The translations under genes were made by a program, and so were the position numbers. Shown one piece after another: positions 56,901 to 64,000 of a stretch of 64,000 bases of DNA. Origin of the DNA: a virus (taxonomy: Duplodnaviria > Caudoviricetes); IMG/VR virus record IMGVR_UViG_3300024187_000002, positions 8,322-72,321 of that record, one strand, 5' to 3'. Below the pieces are notes generated by a model. That model was not told the DNA's origin. It ran no database searches and worked only from the letters and a program-made list of their open reading frames with translations. Within the stretch, counting starts at the first letter, position 1; every line of letters starts with the position of its first letter.

Positions 56901-59900
56901 GACGATTCCGAATTCACGCGACATCCGACCACGTGGCGCGATCCCCAGAACCCTGCGTTGACGATTCAAGTCTCCCCTCAACCAGAGACTAAAGCACCCG
57001 GATTCTCTGATAAGACAGTGCAGATGGTTAGAGGCGAATATGCTCCCACACCAGAACTACAAGCAGTCATCGACAGAATCAAGACAACGCACTCTCGCGC
57101 TGATCTGGATACTCTGGAAACTGAACTACACCGCATAAAGGACGACGCTCTTACCCGCCTGCGTTCGGGTGAGCCGGATGCGCTTGAGCGCGTCACTCAG
57201 GTTAATAGCCTAATCAATGCCCTCTTAAACCAATTCTCCGTTGTTCAATCGGGCGAGCTAAAGGAACTGGCAAGGGGTCTCGTTCAGGATAGTCAGAAGT
57301 GGTCGGACGTAGTGCGTCAAGCTCGACGTGCAGCGTCGGGAGATTTCCGCGAACCCAAGAATGTCACGTTATCCAGCGACCAGCCTAAACCTGTTGGGCT
57401 GCTTGAGGCCGCACCGGAGAAAGCACCCGCGGCGACTATGTCTGAAGCCGCGAGTGTTCCAAGTAGCCCTGAATCTCAAGGTTCGTCTGCGCGTTCCGCG
57501 CGAGGTGCAACCCCCGCGACCGAACAAGCATTGCAGGATTGGCGCGAAGGTCGCGCTTACATTGACGGGCGCGGCAACTATCACGTAAAAGCGGAAGGCA
57601 AGCCAAGCGGCCCGATCGCGCCGTGGAATAAAGAAGCCAAGTCTACATTTGCGAATGTCTCAGAGTTGCACCGTGCTGCGAATCTGGAATCTCGAGGCGA
57701 AGAACCGTGGCAGATGACGAAGGTGGAATATGCCCGTAAGTGGCATGACGCGGCTGATACGGCACCGCCCAAAGCCGACGAAGTGCTGACGGGCGCGCAG
57801 CAACGCGATGCCCGCCTTGTTCGTGAGGGGCACTTATACGCCGTGCGCCGCGCCGTCGAACAAGGTAAACCCGTTCCACCTGAAGTTTTAGCCGACTACC
57901 CCGATCTCTCCCCTCAACCAGAGACTAAAGCATCCGCTCCCCCACAGAGCATTAAAGAACAAATCTCATATCAAGCAAAGCGTCAACAAGTGATAGACGC
58001 ATTAGCGCGAGATGAATTTCCCTACAAAGGATGGGATACGGAGTTCCCTGACTTGGCCGCTGAACGCAAAGCATCTGTATCTACTCCGGAGACTAAAGTA
58101 GAACCAGCCGCACCAACAGAAAGGATTCAACCAAGTGAAAATGCTACGCCTGCCGTCGCCGTGGATAACTCGCAGCGATCAGCACTTCAGACGAATCAGC
58201 CAGAAAGAGTTGCGCCAACTACTCAAGACGTACGAAGTACTGAAACAAGCGAACGCCCGCCGTCTAATGCCACTATCGCACGGCCTGAACTAGAACCGTC
58301 AACAACGTCTGCGCGCAAGTCTCAACTGGCTGAAGATCGCGCGCAGCTAGACTTGCCAGAGTTGCCGTCGGCAGAGCGTAAGAGTTGGCGGACCTCCCTT
58401 GCCAATGCCAAGCCGGAACGCGCCGCTTTGTTAGCCGATGAAGTGCTAACCAAGCCTCGTTCGTTGAATGACGAAGAAACGGCTTCTTTGGTGGTTCGTG
58501 CTCAGGAAATTAAGAACGAACACGCTCAGACAATGAAAGAGATCGGAGAATCGTCCGATCCTGACACCATTGCGGCGAAGAAAGCCCAAGCCGATGCGCT
58601 AGAACGGGAATTTGACAAGATTACGCGAGCAACTAAGGCGTCAGGAACGGAAAAAGGCCGCACTCTGGCTGCCCAGAAGCTCACCATCAATCAAGACTAT
58701 GATTTAGTTTCGCTAGTTCAACGCGCCAAGGCTGCTAAGGGGCGCGATTTGAACCCTGCGGAACGTGAACGTTATGAGCAAATGGCAAGTCAGATAGAGG
58801 ATTTGAATAAACAACTCTCAGAAGCAAACGAGAAAGCCCAAAAAGCGCAATTACAGCGGTCTATTGACAAGGTTAAAAGACAAACTCGCCGGGCCGAGAC
58901 CAAGGCGACTTTAGACACTGAATTTGCATCGCTGAAGTCTCAATTAGCACAAGCCAAGCTCGAAACTAGATCGGGCGTTCAGCCCTCACTGCTTGCCAGT
59001 CTTGACCCTGAAGGCAAATTAACCCCGATTATTGCTCGCATGGCAAAGAACCGCGTGAGAGCCGGGATAAATTCCGCTGAAGGGCTAGTCGATGAAGTTT
59101 TTAACGCGGTTAAAGACCATTACGACGTTTCGAGAGATGATATAGCAACACTGATTCGCGGCACGCTTCATCAGCCTGACGATGTGTTGAGCAGGTGGGA
59201 CAAGCGCAGACAGTCTCAGTTGTTGAAACAACAGGGTGAGATTGAGAGTCGATTAGCCACAAGTAACTTTAGCCCCAAGCCCTCGCGAGAAGCACCGATT
59301 TACAATCGAGAGACGTTCAAACTTCAAAGGCAAGTCAACGAACTCAAGGCCAAATATGATCGTGAAATGTATCGCGCCACTCGTGGCGTGACAGGGAAAC
59401 TAATCGACACAGCGGCAGGGTTTGGAAACATTCCCAAGACGATGTTGTCTATGGCAGATGTTTCTGCCGTCTTGCGTCAAGGTGGAATAGGCGTCTATCA
59501 GCACCCGATCCTTTCTGGTAAGGCCGGAGTAGACATGCTGAAGTCTTTCACTTCGCACGGATTTGCGAATGTAGAGAATGCGATTAAAAACAGTCCGCGA
59601 TTTGACCAAGCTAAGAGATCGGGCGTGGAGTTTACCGGGGTCGATAAGGACAATCCACAACTCTCAAAACACGAAGAAGGGTATCTAGGGTCAGGCGCGA
59701 TTGACACACTGTCTCAGGGCAGACTAAACCCCTTGCGCGTAGTTAGGGGCGTGAAAGATTTCTCTGAACGGACTTTCGTTTCGTTTCTAGATTCACAGCG
59801 CATGAGAATCTTTGAGCAGCAGGCCAAGGCCCTCGAAGATATGGGATTAAAAGGGAAGGATTTAGACGCCGCGCTCAGGTCGCAAGCGAAGTATATAAAC

Positions 59901-61034
59901 ATCATCACCGGCAGAGGATCGTTGGGAGCAAGAGGTAATCAGGCCGCGCCCGTATTAAACGTGGCAATGTTTTCTCCGCGTCTTATCGCATCGAGATTTC
60001 AGTTTCTAAACAAGATGGCAAATCCGGTTGCGTGGGCCAACATGCCGAAAGGTGCGCGCAAACTTCAGATGATTGATAACGCTAAATTCCTGTTTGGCGT
60101 AGCGTCTACTTTAGCCCTAGCAAAGGCAGCCGGAGCAAGTATCAATCTCGACCCTGATGATTCAGATTTCCTTAAAGTAAAGACAGGGAATACTCGTTAT
60201 GATGTCTTAGCTGGCCTGCAACAACCGATGAGGTTTATGTATCGTATGGCTCGCGCGGTAAAAGGTGGCGAGACATATGAAGGTGAGGACAAGGGGAAGA
60301 TTGTCGGGGATTTCGCGAGGTCTAAGGCGGCACCGTTGGCGGGGTATGCTGCCGATTATTTAGAGGGCAAGAATCGGCTTTCAGGAAAGAAGTTTGAAGC
60401 GGGGAAAGACTTAGTTAGAAACCTGATTCCACTACCATTTCAGGACTTCCAAGAAGCGATTAAGGAGGATGGCACGGTAAGAGGAATTGCCGAAGCCTTT
60501 CCGACGCTGCTCGGTGTGGGTACGCAGACTTATCCGACTGCGCCGGAAAAAGCAGCGACCAAGGGTGAGAAATTTACTCGCAAGCTGATCGCTCAAAAGA
60601 TGCCGGATGAAGGTCGAACACAAGAAGAAATTGACAAGGATCAGAACCTTGCTGAGTTGAGAGCGCAGGCGCGTCGAGGTGTTGACGTAACCAAGGCCCT
60701 TGAGGCGCTAAAAGGCACGGGCGCGATCACGGACAAGACAGAAAAAAGTATTTTGTCCGCAAGGGGGCAAACTCGGCTACAATCAGATTTTAAGAGGCTA
60801 GGACTGAAAGAAGCTCTTTTGGCGTACTCGACGTACACGCCAGCAGAACAGAATTCAGTTAAAAAGATTTTGGGTGAAAAGGCGATTACGGTTGATGTAT
60901 TACCGGCAGAAGATCAGAAAGACGTAAGAGCAAAACTAGAAAGCTACGGATTCAAGCCGGGAATGCAGATACCTAAGAGGCCGACAGTGCAAAGAGCGGA
61001 GAGGCCAAATCTGAGAGCGTGGAGCGCGCCGTGA
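53985..61034 (+). CDS. Giant internal virion (ejectosome / large polyvalent) protein with N-terminal lytic transglycosylase
   Basis: QVESG...SSKGAQGFGQVMP...NPDENIEAGLRYF...YYFGG (SLT motifs, catalytic ES); 2349 aa. Confidence 0.85.
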   Translation: MPDDPNDILSGGLVPRTPRSIDPSERVRQIASRAQISPDVADDYLKTTQVESGHNVNVRDSSKGAQGFGQVMPDRPGGTIRTVGGRQYNLRNPDENIEAGLRYFNEGGPDPVSRRLYYFGGPKAKRHYESTGQIPNISDGNMSAAQYVKATGGSVPNRPIRAQEPSILSGGLVSKSPASKTETPDILSGGLVEASPSSPASPDNSGQVPASPPLTTNDAAWHFGTTPDEARRLTPKAQQILSEAVAEDQRKKAAGQQVQQPSLKYQNDMRKAAGLRPLKYNIVTDETKTAPYYQPTTVPFMLKEKAPIQVKPRPFTFQSPSDEQIKESIRREVLASARQDTHLHPEAGNDINQTDIENIVNQRFADYKANQASETTAAQLGPSMQARQRGIGERVSEKLGDVATSLNIDTPMGLKTDVLRGAAKGLLLPVPSRTISPEEKLVDPSAEAWQKSFLGPESVGELATAFIPYVGAGKLVSKLGVASPVLRDALTFGVVDAAKQFSQTGKIDPQSVAESLLMGGAMGKIAGLDPSLKRRIVAYLAPQVAVGLAKGQPASQIAQGAVTNLGFALAGGTKGEPSDLRVTPKGEINAGSSVPSGRQQPISSAEPRQIPRTQERDVASEISSPLVATAESLNPDVAGSSRIQERALAERLASQQKGLGASEATTRQGVDYANQIEAQPNVTAQPESAESVEQVKRSRQVVSEPVGAPARVSESSTLSPDVGTMGDEGSQAIRHVDLQPRRVRGEGKGQFKAETRAQREGRLAQVNSPATPSEGDTEGKFYEQFRATDQKDYNQKVNALEAYLSLDKERAQISDKLAGYESDHPQYKLLDKKLDEIDRNLNLEVDQATKRLGVSAQDFISLVNEFESNKAAVTAALRPQGGVSVPEGKRPVSRQEATDLGYTQRDPSDVRTFKAQSISDESLKSHLRKNGFKADDTIITPKGEAEIYQASSGLAYSWKPKTGKGRDGRIFIDDSEFTRHPTTWRDPQNPALTIQVSPQPETKAPGFSDKTVQMVRGEYAPTPELQAVIDRIKTTHSRADLDTLETELHRIKDDALTRLRSGEPDALERVTQVNSLINALLNQFSVVQSGELKELARGLVQDSQKWSDVVRQARRAASGDFREPKNVTLSSDQPKPVGLLEAAPEKAPAATMSEAASVPSSPESQGSSARSARGATPATEQALQDWREGRAYIDGRGNYHVKAEGKPSGPIAPWNKEAKSTFANVSELHRAANLESRGEEPWQMTKVEYARKWHDAADTAPPKADEVLTGAQQRDARLVREGHLYAVRRAVEQGKPVPPEVLADYPDLSPQPETKASAPPQSIKEQISYQAKRQQVIDALARDEFPYKGWDTEFPDLAAERKASVSTPETKVEPAAPTERIQPSENATPAVAVDNSQRSALQTNQPERVAPTTQDVRSTETSERPPSNATIARPELEPSTTSARKSQLAEDRAQLDLPELPSAERKSWRTSLANAKPERAALLADEVLTKPRSLNDEETASLVVRAQEIKNEHAQTMKEIGESSDPDTIAAKKAQADALEREFDKITRATKASGTEKGRTLAAQKLTINQDYDLVSLVQRAKAAKGRDLNPAERERYEQMASQIEDLNKQLSEANEKAQKAQLQRSIDKVKRQTRRAETKATLDTEFASLKSQLAQAKLETRSGVQPSLLASLDPEGKLTPIIARMAKNRVRAGINSAEGLVDEVFNAVKDHYDVSRDDIATLIRGTLHQPDDVLSRWDKRRQSQLLKQQGEIESRLATSNFSPKPSREAPIYNRETFKLQRQVNELKAKYDREMYRATRGVTGKLIDTAAGFGNIPKTMLSMADVSAVLRQGGIGVYQHPILSGKAGVDMLKSFTSHGFANVENAIKNSPRFDQAKRSGVEFTGVDKDNPQLSKHEEGYLGSGAIDTLSQGRLNPLRVVRGVKDFSERTFVSFLDSQRMRIFEQQAKALEDMGLKGKDLDAALRSQAKYINIITGRGSLGARGNQAAPVLNVAMFSPRLIASRFQFLNKMANPVAWANMPKGARKLQMIDNAKFLFGVASTLALAKAAGASINLDPDDSDFLKVKTGNTRYDVLAGLQQPMRFMYRMARAVKGGETYEGEDKGKIVGDFARSKAAPLAGYAADYLEGKNRLSGKKFEAGKDLVRNLIPLPFQDFQEAIKEDGTVRGIAEAFPTLLGVGTQTYPTAPEKAATKGEKFTRKLIAQKMPDEGRTQEEIDKDQNLAELRAQARRGVDVTKALEALKGTGAITDKTEKSILSARGQTRLQSDFKRLGLKEALLAYSTYTPAEQNSVKKILGEKAITVDVLPAEDQKDVRAKLESYGFKPGMQIPKRPTVQRAERPNLRAWSAP

Positions 61035-61081
61035 GTGAAAAGTAGATTGACGCTAGCTCGTTTCAAGGTTAATCTTCGCCT

Positions 61082-61243
61082 ATGGCAGTTCAGTTTGACA
61101 GCATCAAAGACCTAAAGAAGCAGCCAGCACAGACCGGCTTTCCTGTTCCTGTGAATAAGCAGATGCAGCAGTTGGTGAAGCCGATGCGCAAACTACGATT
61201 CCCTTTGCCTAAGAAAACGGAGAAGAAACAAGTTGCCACTTAA
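61082..61243 (+). CDS. 53-aa basic hypothetical protein
   Basis: MAVQFDSIKDLKKQP...MRKLRFPLPKKTEKKQVAT. Confidence 0.45.
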   Translation: MAVQFDSIKDLKKQPAQTGFPVPVNKQMQQLVKPMRKLRFPLPKKTEKKQVAT

Positions 61244-61436
61244 ATCCGGATCGTCACAGAGCGCGATTGGTTCCAATATTCGCGAGCTTCATTCTGGCAG
61301 CGCCTACGCACACACGGCTGAGAAATTCGGCGCGAAGAAAGCCCAAGCTCAGAGCGTCGCAATCGCTCTACATGAGGCTGGTAAATCACGCCCTCGGAAA
61401 CTACGATTCCCAAGTCCGACAAGGAAAACGACATGA
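61233..61436 (+). CDS. Small conserved phage protein (MPLKxGxSQ..I..NIREL...QAVAIAL family)
   Basis: Family motif commonly seen near portal genes; TTG start. Confidence 0.7.
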   Translation: MPLKSGSSQSAIGSNIRELHSGSAYAHTAEKFGAKKAQAQSVAIALHEAGKSRPRKLRFPSPTRKTT

Positions 61437-61910
61437 CCACAAAGAAATCCGTTACACACAAAGCAGTAAGCGACAAGACGACGCCAGAAGAAGTTGAGAA
61501 TGGTTCGTCCAAACCATCAGCGACCGTAACTGACGCTCAGCAATTTCCTAGGCTTGAGAAAGATGCTCATGCAGAACACCGCATAGCTCGCCATGTAGAA
61601 CGCGACGGCCACGTAATCGCGCAAGTGGAAGTTCCCGCGCACACGGCTGAAGTAAGCTTAGGTTCTAGTCGAATCGAAGGCTGTGCGTTAGCCGCCGCCG
61701 AAGCCTGGGACGCGATTGATAAAGCGCCGGATGATGCTGATTTTGCGCACTCAACAAAACTTCACAGACAGGATTTGATTAACCACGCCGAGGAAGTATT
61801 TTACGTCAGGCATTGTCTCACAAGGCGATACCACTATGGCGAAATTTGAACGGGCAGTGCAAAAGATTAAGGCCCGTTTGGGCGAGGACAAAGCTGCGAA
61901 GGCAGCGTAA
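61433..61910 (+). CDS. Hypothetical protein with an apparent 1-nt frameshift at 61799-61802
   Basis: ...HAEEVF continues naturally as TSGIVSQGDTTMAKFERAVQKIKARLGEDKAAKAA* if one T of TTTT is skipped. Confidence 0.55.
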
Positions 61911-61925
61911 CAAGGGAGGTGTGCC

Positions 61926-62282
61926 ATCGCACAGCTTGCAGGACTACATTTTGACGCACAGCAGCTATCGGAACAGCAGATCGGCGGGAGTTGTAAGGGC
62001 GCTCTTGCTGCTTATGCTGCGCCACCGTTTTTAACCAACACGACGATCACGAATGCAAACACGAATGCGGGCCTTCAACTGGCCGTGCTTGCCGCGAAAC
62101 CAACTCGTCACGCCGATGAGCAGCCAATGGCAGATCGGATCAACCTCGGCCTAACACTGGGATTGTACAGCGGTGAGTTGACGGACGCTCGCATCAACGC
62201 TCTGACAACGGGAGCGGGGTTAGTCGGCTTAACCTACGCCGATCCGCTGGTCGTGTCGGGCGCGGCCTACCCTCCTGAATAA
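61926..62282 (+). CDS. 118-aa virion-type protein with apparent ATC start
   Basis: GGAGGT SD 5 nt before ATC GCA CAG...; the open frame has no ATG/GTG/TTG until 62085. Confidence 0.55.
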   Translation: MAQLAGLHFDAQQLSEQQIGGSCKGALAAYAAPPFLTNTTITNANTNAGLQLAVLAAKPTRHADEQPMADRINLGLTLGLYSGELTDARINALTTGAGLVGLTYADPLVVSGAAYPPE

Positions 62283-62362
62283 GAAAGGTTTGCTGCGCGG
62301 CTAAGGGTTCTCGCGGCACGTTTCCTGCGCCGTAACGGGCTAGTCGCGCAGTAATTAATCTA

Positions 62363-62758
62363 ATGTGGCTATCCAAGTCAGACTACGAACGGTTGATAAC
62401 TTTAGCCGCTCAATCTGAGTTCTTATCCAAAGCACTAGAGAGTGCTGAGAAACGTGCTGAGGACGCTGAGAAGGCGTTAGCTTCGGAGCGGAGCAGTAAG
62501 GATTGGCTAACGCTTCAGTTATCGTCTCGGCTAGTCACAAAAAGTGGTCAGTATGGATTGGATCACGAAAAGCCCGTGCCGACCCCGATTCCCGCAAATG
62601 GCTACACACATGAACCAACCGACGTTGATTACGCAAAGTTGGAATATTACAAGACATGCGCGAAGAACGCAGGCAAAGACGAGCAAGATGCCGTAATGAA
62701 GTGGGAAGCTGAAATGCGGGGCGAAGGATTGCAGATTGAGACGGAGGCTGAACAGTAA
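62363..62758 (+). CDS. Coiled-coil hypothetical protein
   Basis: 131 aa, immediately upstream of the portal. Confidence 0.6.
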   Translation: MWLSKSDYERLITLAAQSEFLSKALESAEKRAEDAEKALASERSSKDWLTLQLSSRLVTKSGQYGLDHEKPVPTPIPANGYTHEPTDVDYAKLEYYKTCAKNAGKDEQDAVMKWEAEMRGEGLQIETEAEQ

Positions 62759-62760
62759 TC

Positions 62761-64000
62761 TTGTCCGCTAACCCCCAAGCCCTGCAATCCCCAACTCAGC
62801 AATCACCGCTGACAAATTACGCGCCATTAAAACCGCTGACAGAGTTGCAGCGTGGCGGAAAAAAGCCGTCAACGTATCTACAAAAAGCACTCTCGGAACG
62901 ATTCAAGCACTTCAAGAAAAAAGACGAGCAACCGTTCAGAGAAATAGTAAACGTCGGCCAGCTTGTGTCTCTTTTCATGAACGGGAAACAGTTCTTGGCC
63001 CAGAATCCTTACGACGGATCGTGGGGCGTTCTCCCGCTACCGTCTAGTAATACAAACTCGTCACGTCGCGCGCTCAACGTGATGAACAATCTCAAGCAGA
63101 ACCTTCTCACCAAGTGGGAGAACTCCAACCCTGACATTTTAATCCGTCCCGGTCGTAATTTAGATACTTGTGCATCTGCGGCGAAGTCTGCGGACGCGAT
63201 CAATAACTACTACGAAAGACAATTCTATAACCATTGGTTTTCTCAGCAAGAGGGACTAATGGGGATGACTTTCGGAACGTACATTGATCGCTATCGATTT
63301 GACGATAGCAAAATCTCAATGTCCCTGATTCAAGATGTTTTTGAGCAAAAAGATGTCACAATGGGGGAAGGGTCTGGGTTCTGCGGACACTGTGCATACG
63401 GAGGTACGGCAACAGAGTTTCAAGCCGCGAACCCTGATGAGCTGGGCCAGCTAGGCGGCGACGGGCCATTAGCACAACCGAAGTGTCCCAACTGCCAATC
63501 TACTGCGGTAATGGTTCAGAACCCCGCTAAAGACTCAATCCAGAGCATTGCGGGGCAACAAAAGAGACAGATCGGGGATTTAGTGTGTGAACTTTTACCG
63601 ATGTCTGCTTGTAGGTGGGACTTAGCCAAAAGGCCGGAAGAGTCAAGCTGGTTTATCTATCAACAAGAAATCCCAAAAGGTCGCGTAACTCGCGTGATGG
63701 GCAATATCCTGCTGCCTCAAGGCGAAACGGATCACAATCACGGTCTGGAAGTGTTGAGAGCGCTACAGCACGAGGGGCAGGCGTTAGGCGGTATTAGCAG
63801 CGAAGGAAATCGACGTAAGGAGCGGGGCGGGGATAAGGACGACACGGTAACTTTCGACGAGATCTGGATGTCGCCAGATGATTATGCTGATATTAATTTA
63901 ATCGGCGACGAAGAAACCGTAGGCGGCGAAACAATTCCTAAAGGTAAGTTGGTTGACTTTTTCCCTGACGGTCTCTGTGCGGTAGGGCTTAACGGAATGG
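62761..64000 (+). CDS. Portal protein (3' truncated) with zinc-ribbon insertion
   Basis: TTG start after GGAGG; the frame is open to the window end (>410 aa); P22-like portal pattern (NNLKQNLLTKWENSNPDILIRPGR...AKSADAI), CGHC...CPNC insert; not in the ORF track because it lacks a stop. Confidence 0.75.
   Translation, partial: MSANPQALQSPTQQSPLTNYAPLKPLTELQRGGKKPSTYLQKALSERFKHFKKKDEQPFREIVNVGQLVSLFMNGKQFLAQNPYDGSWGVLPLPSSNTNSSRRALNVMNNLKQNLLTKWENSNPDILIRPGRNLDTCASAAKSADAINNYYERQFYNHWFSQQEGLMGMTFGTYIDRYRFDDSKISMSLIQDVFEQKDVTMGEGSGFCGHCAYGGTATEFQAANPDELGQLGGDGPLAQPKCPNCQSTAVMVQNPAKDSIQSIAGQQKRQIGDLVCELLPMSACRWDLAKRPEESSWFIYQQEIPKGRVTRVMGNILLPQGETDHNHGLEVLRALQHEGQALGGISSEGNRRKERGGDKDDTVTFDEIWMSPDDYADINLIGDEETVGGETIPKGKLVDFFPDGLCAVGLNGM

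Noticed and set aside
1372-63797. Numerous 60-180-aa ORFs antisense or out of frame to long genes (e.g. 4502-5035, 14306-14680, 18722-19186, 23650-23982, 54365-54691)
   Set aside because: Fully nested in well-supported genes, no SD, no recognisable motifs.
1-64000. Stop-codon reassignment
   Set aside because: Long conserved genes are intact under code 11, and TAG, TGA and TAA all end genes at tight junctions.

Overview
The window is most of one tailed-phage genome (Caudoviricetes, ~52% GC by eye). It opens inside the virion-structure operon, just downstream of where the capsid genes should lie, and ends inside the portal gene, so mainly the portal 3' end, scaffold and capsid appear to be missing. 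Layout: (1) 1-19.6 kb, + strand: podovirus-type tail and ejection genes, two receptor-binding proteins, a Ser/Ala/Thr-repeat protein with a glycosyltransferase and hexapeptide acyltransferase, a stand-alone FixL-like PAS domain, and small membrane (lysis-type) genes. (2) 19.6-38.7 kb, - strand: lambdoid-type replication and recombination (RusA, NinG, N4/N6 methylase + SF2 helicase, beta clamp, DnaB, initiator with iterons, Rnl2-like RNA ligase, SSB, YqaJ, ERF, NinB). (3) 38.8-45.9 kb, + strand: small mosaic accessory genes. (4) 45.8-47.9 kb, - strand: small operon ending in an XRE regulator. (5) 47.9-64 kb, + strand: terS, small genes, terL, ejection proteins including a 2349-aa lytic-transglycosylase protein, portal. 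I recognised no integrase, DNA polymerase, endolysin, CRISPR array or canonical tRNA. The host is tentatively Acidobacteriota (Blastocatellia-like), inferred only from remembered SSB similarity. Most unusual: several hand-foldable, strand-specific (G-U-containing) structured or pseudoknotted RNAs (initiator leader, RNA-ligase leader, an element upstream of a TnpB remnant, a non-canonical tRNA-like RNA); the orphan PAS domain among lysis-type genes; a candidate virion glycosylation cassette; and an HNH-only insertion bounded by an 8-bp direct repeat. All folds and family calls were made by eye and need computational confirmation.
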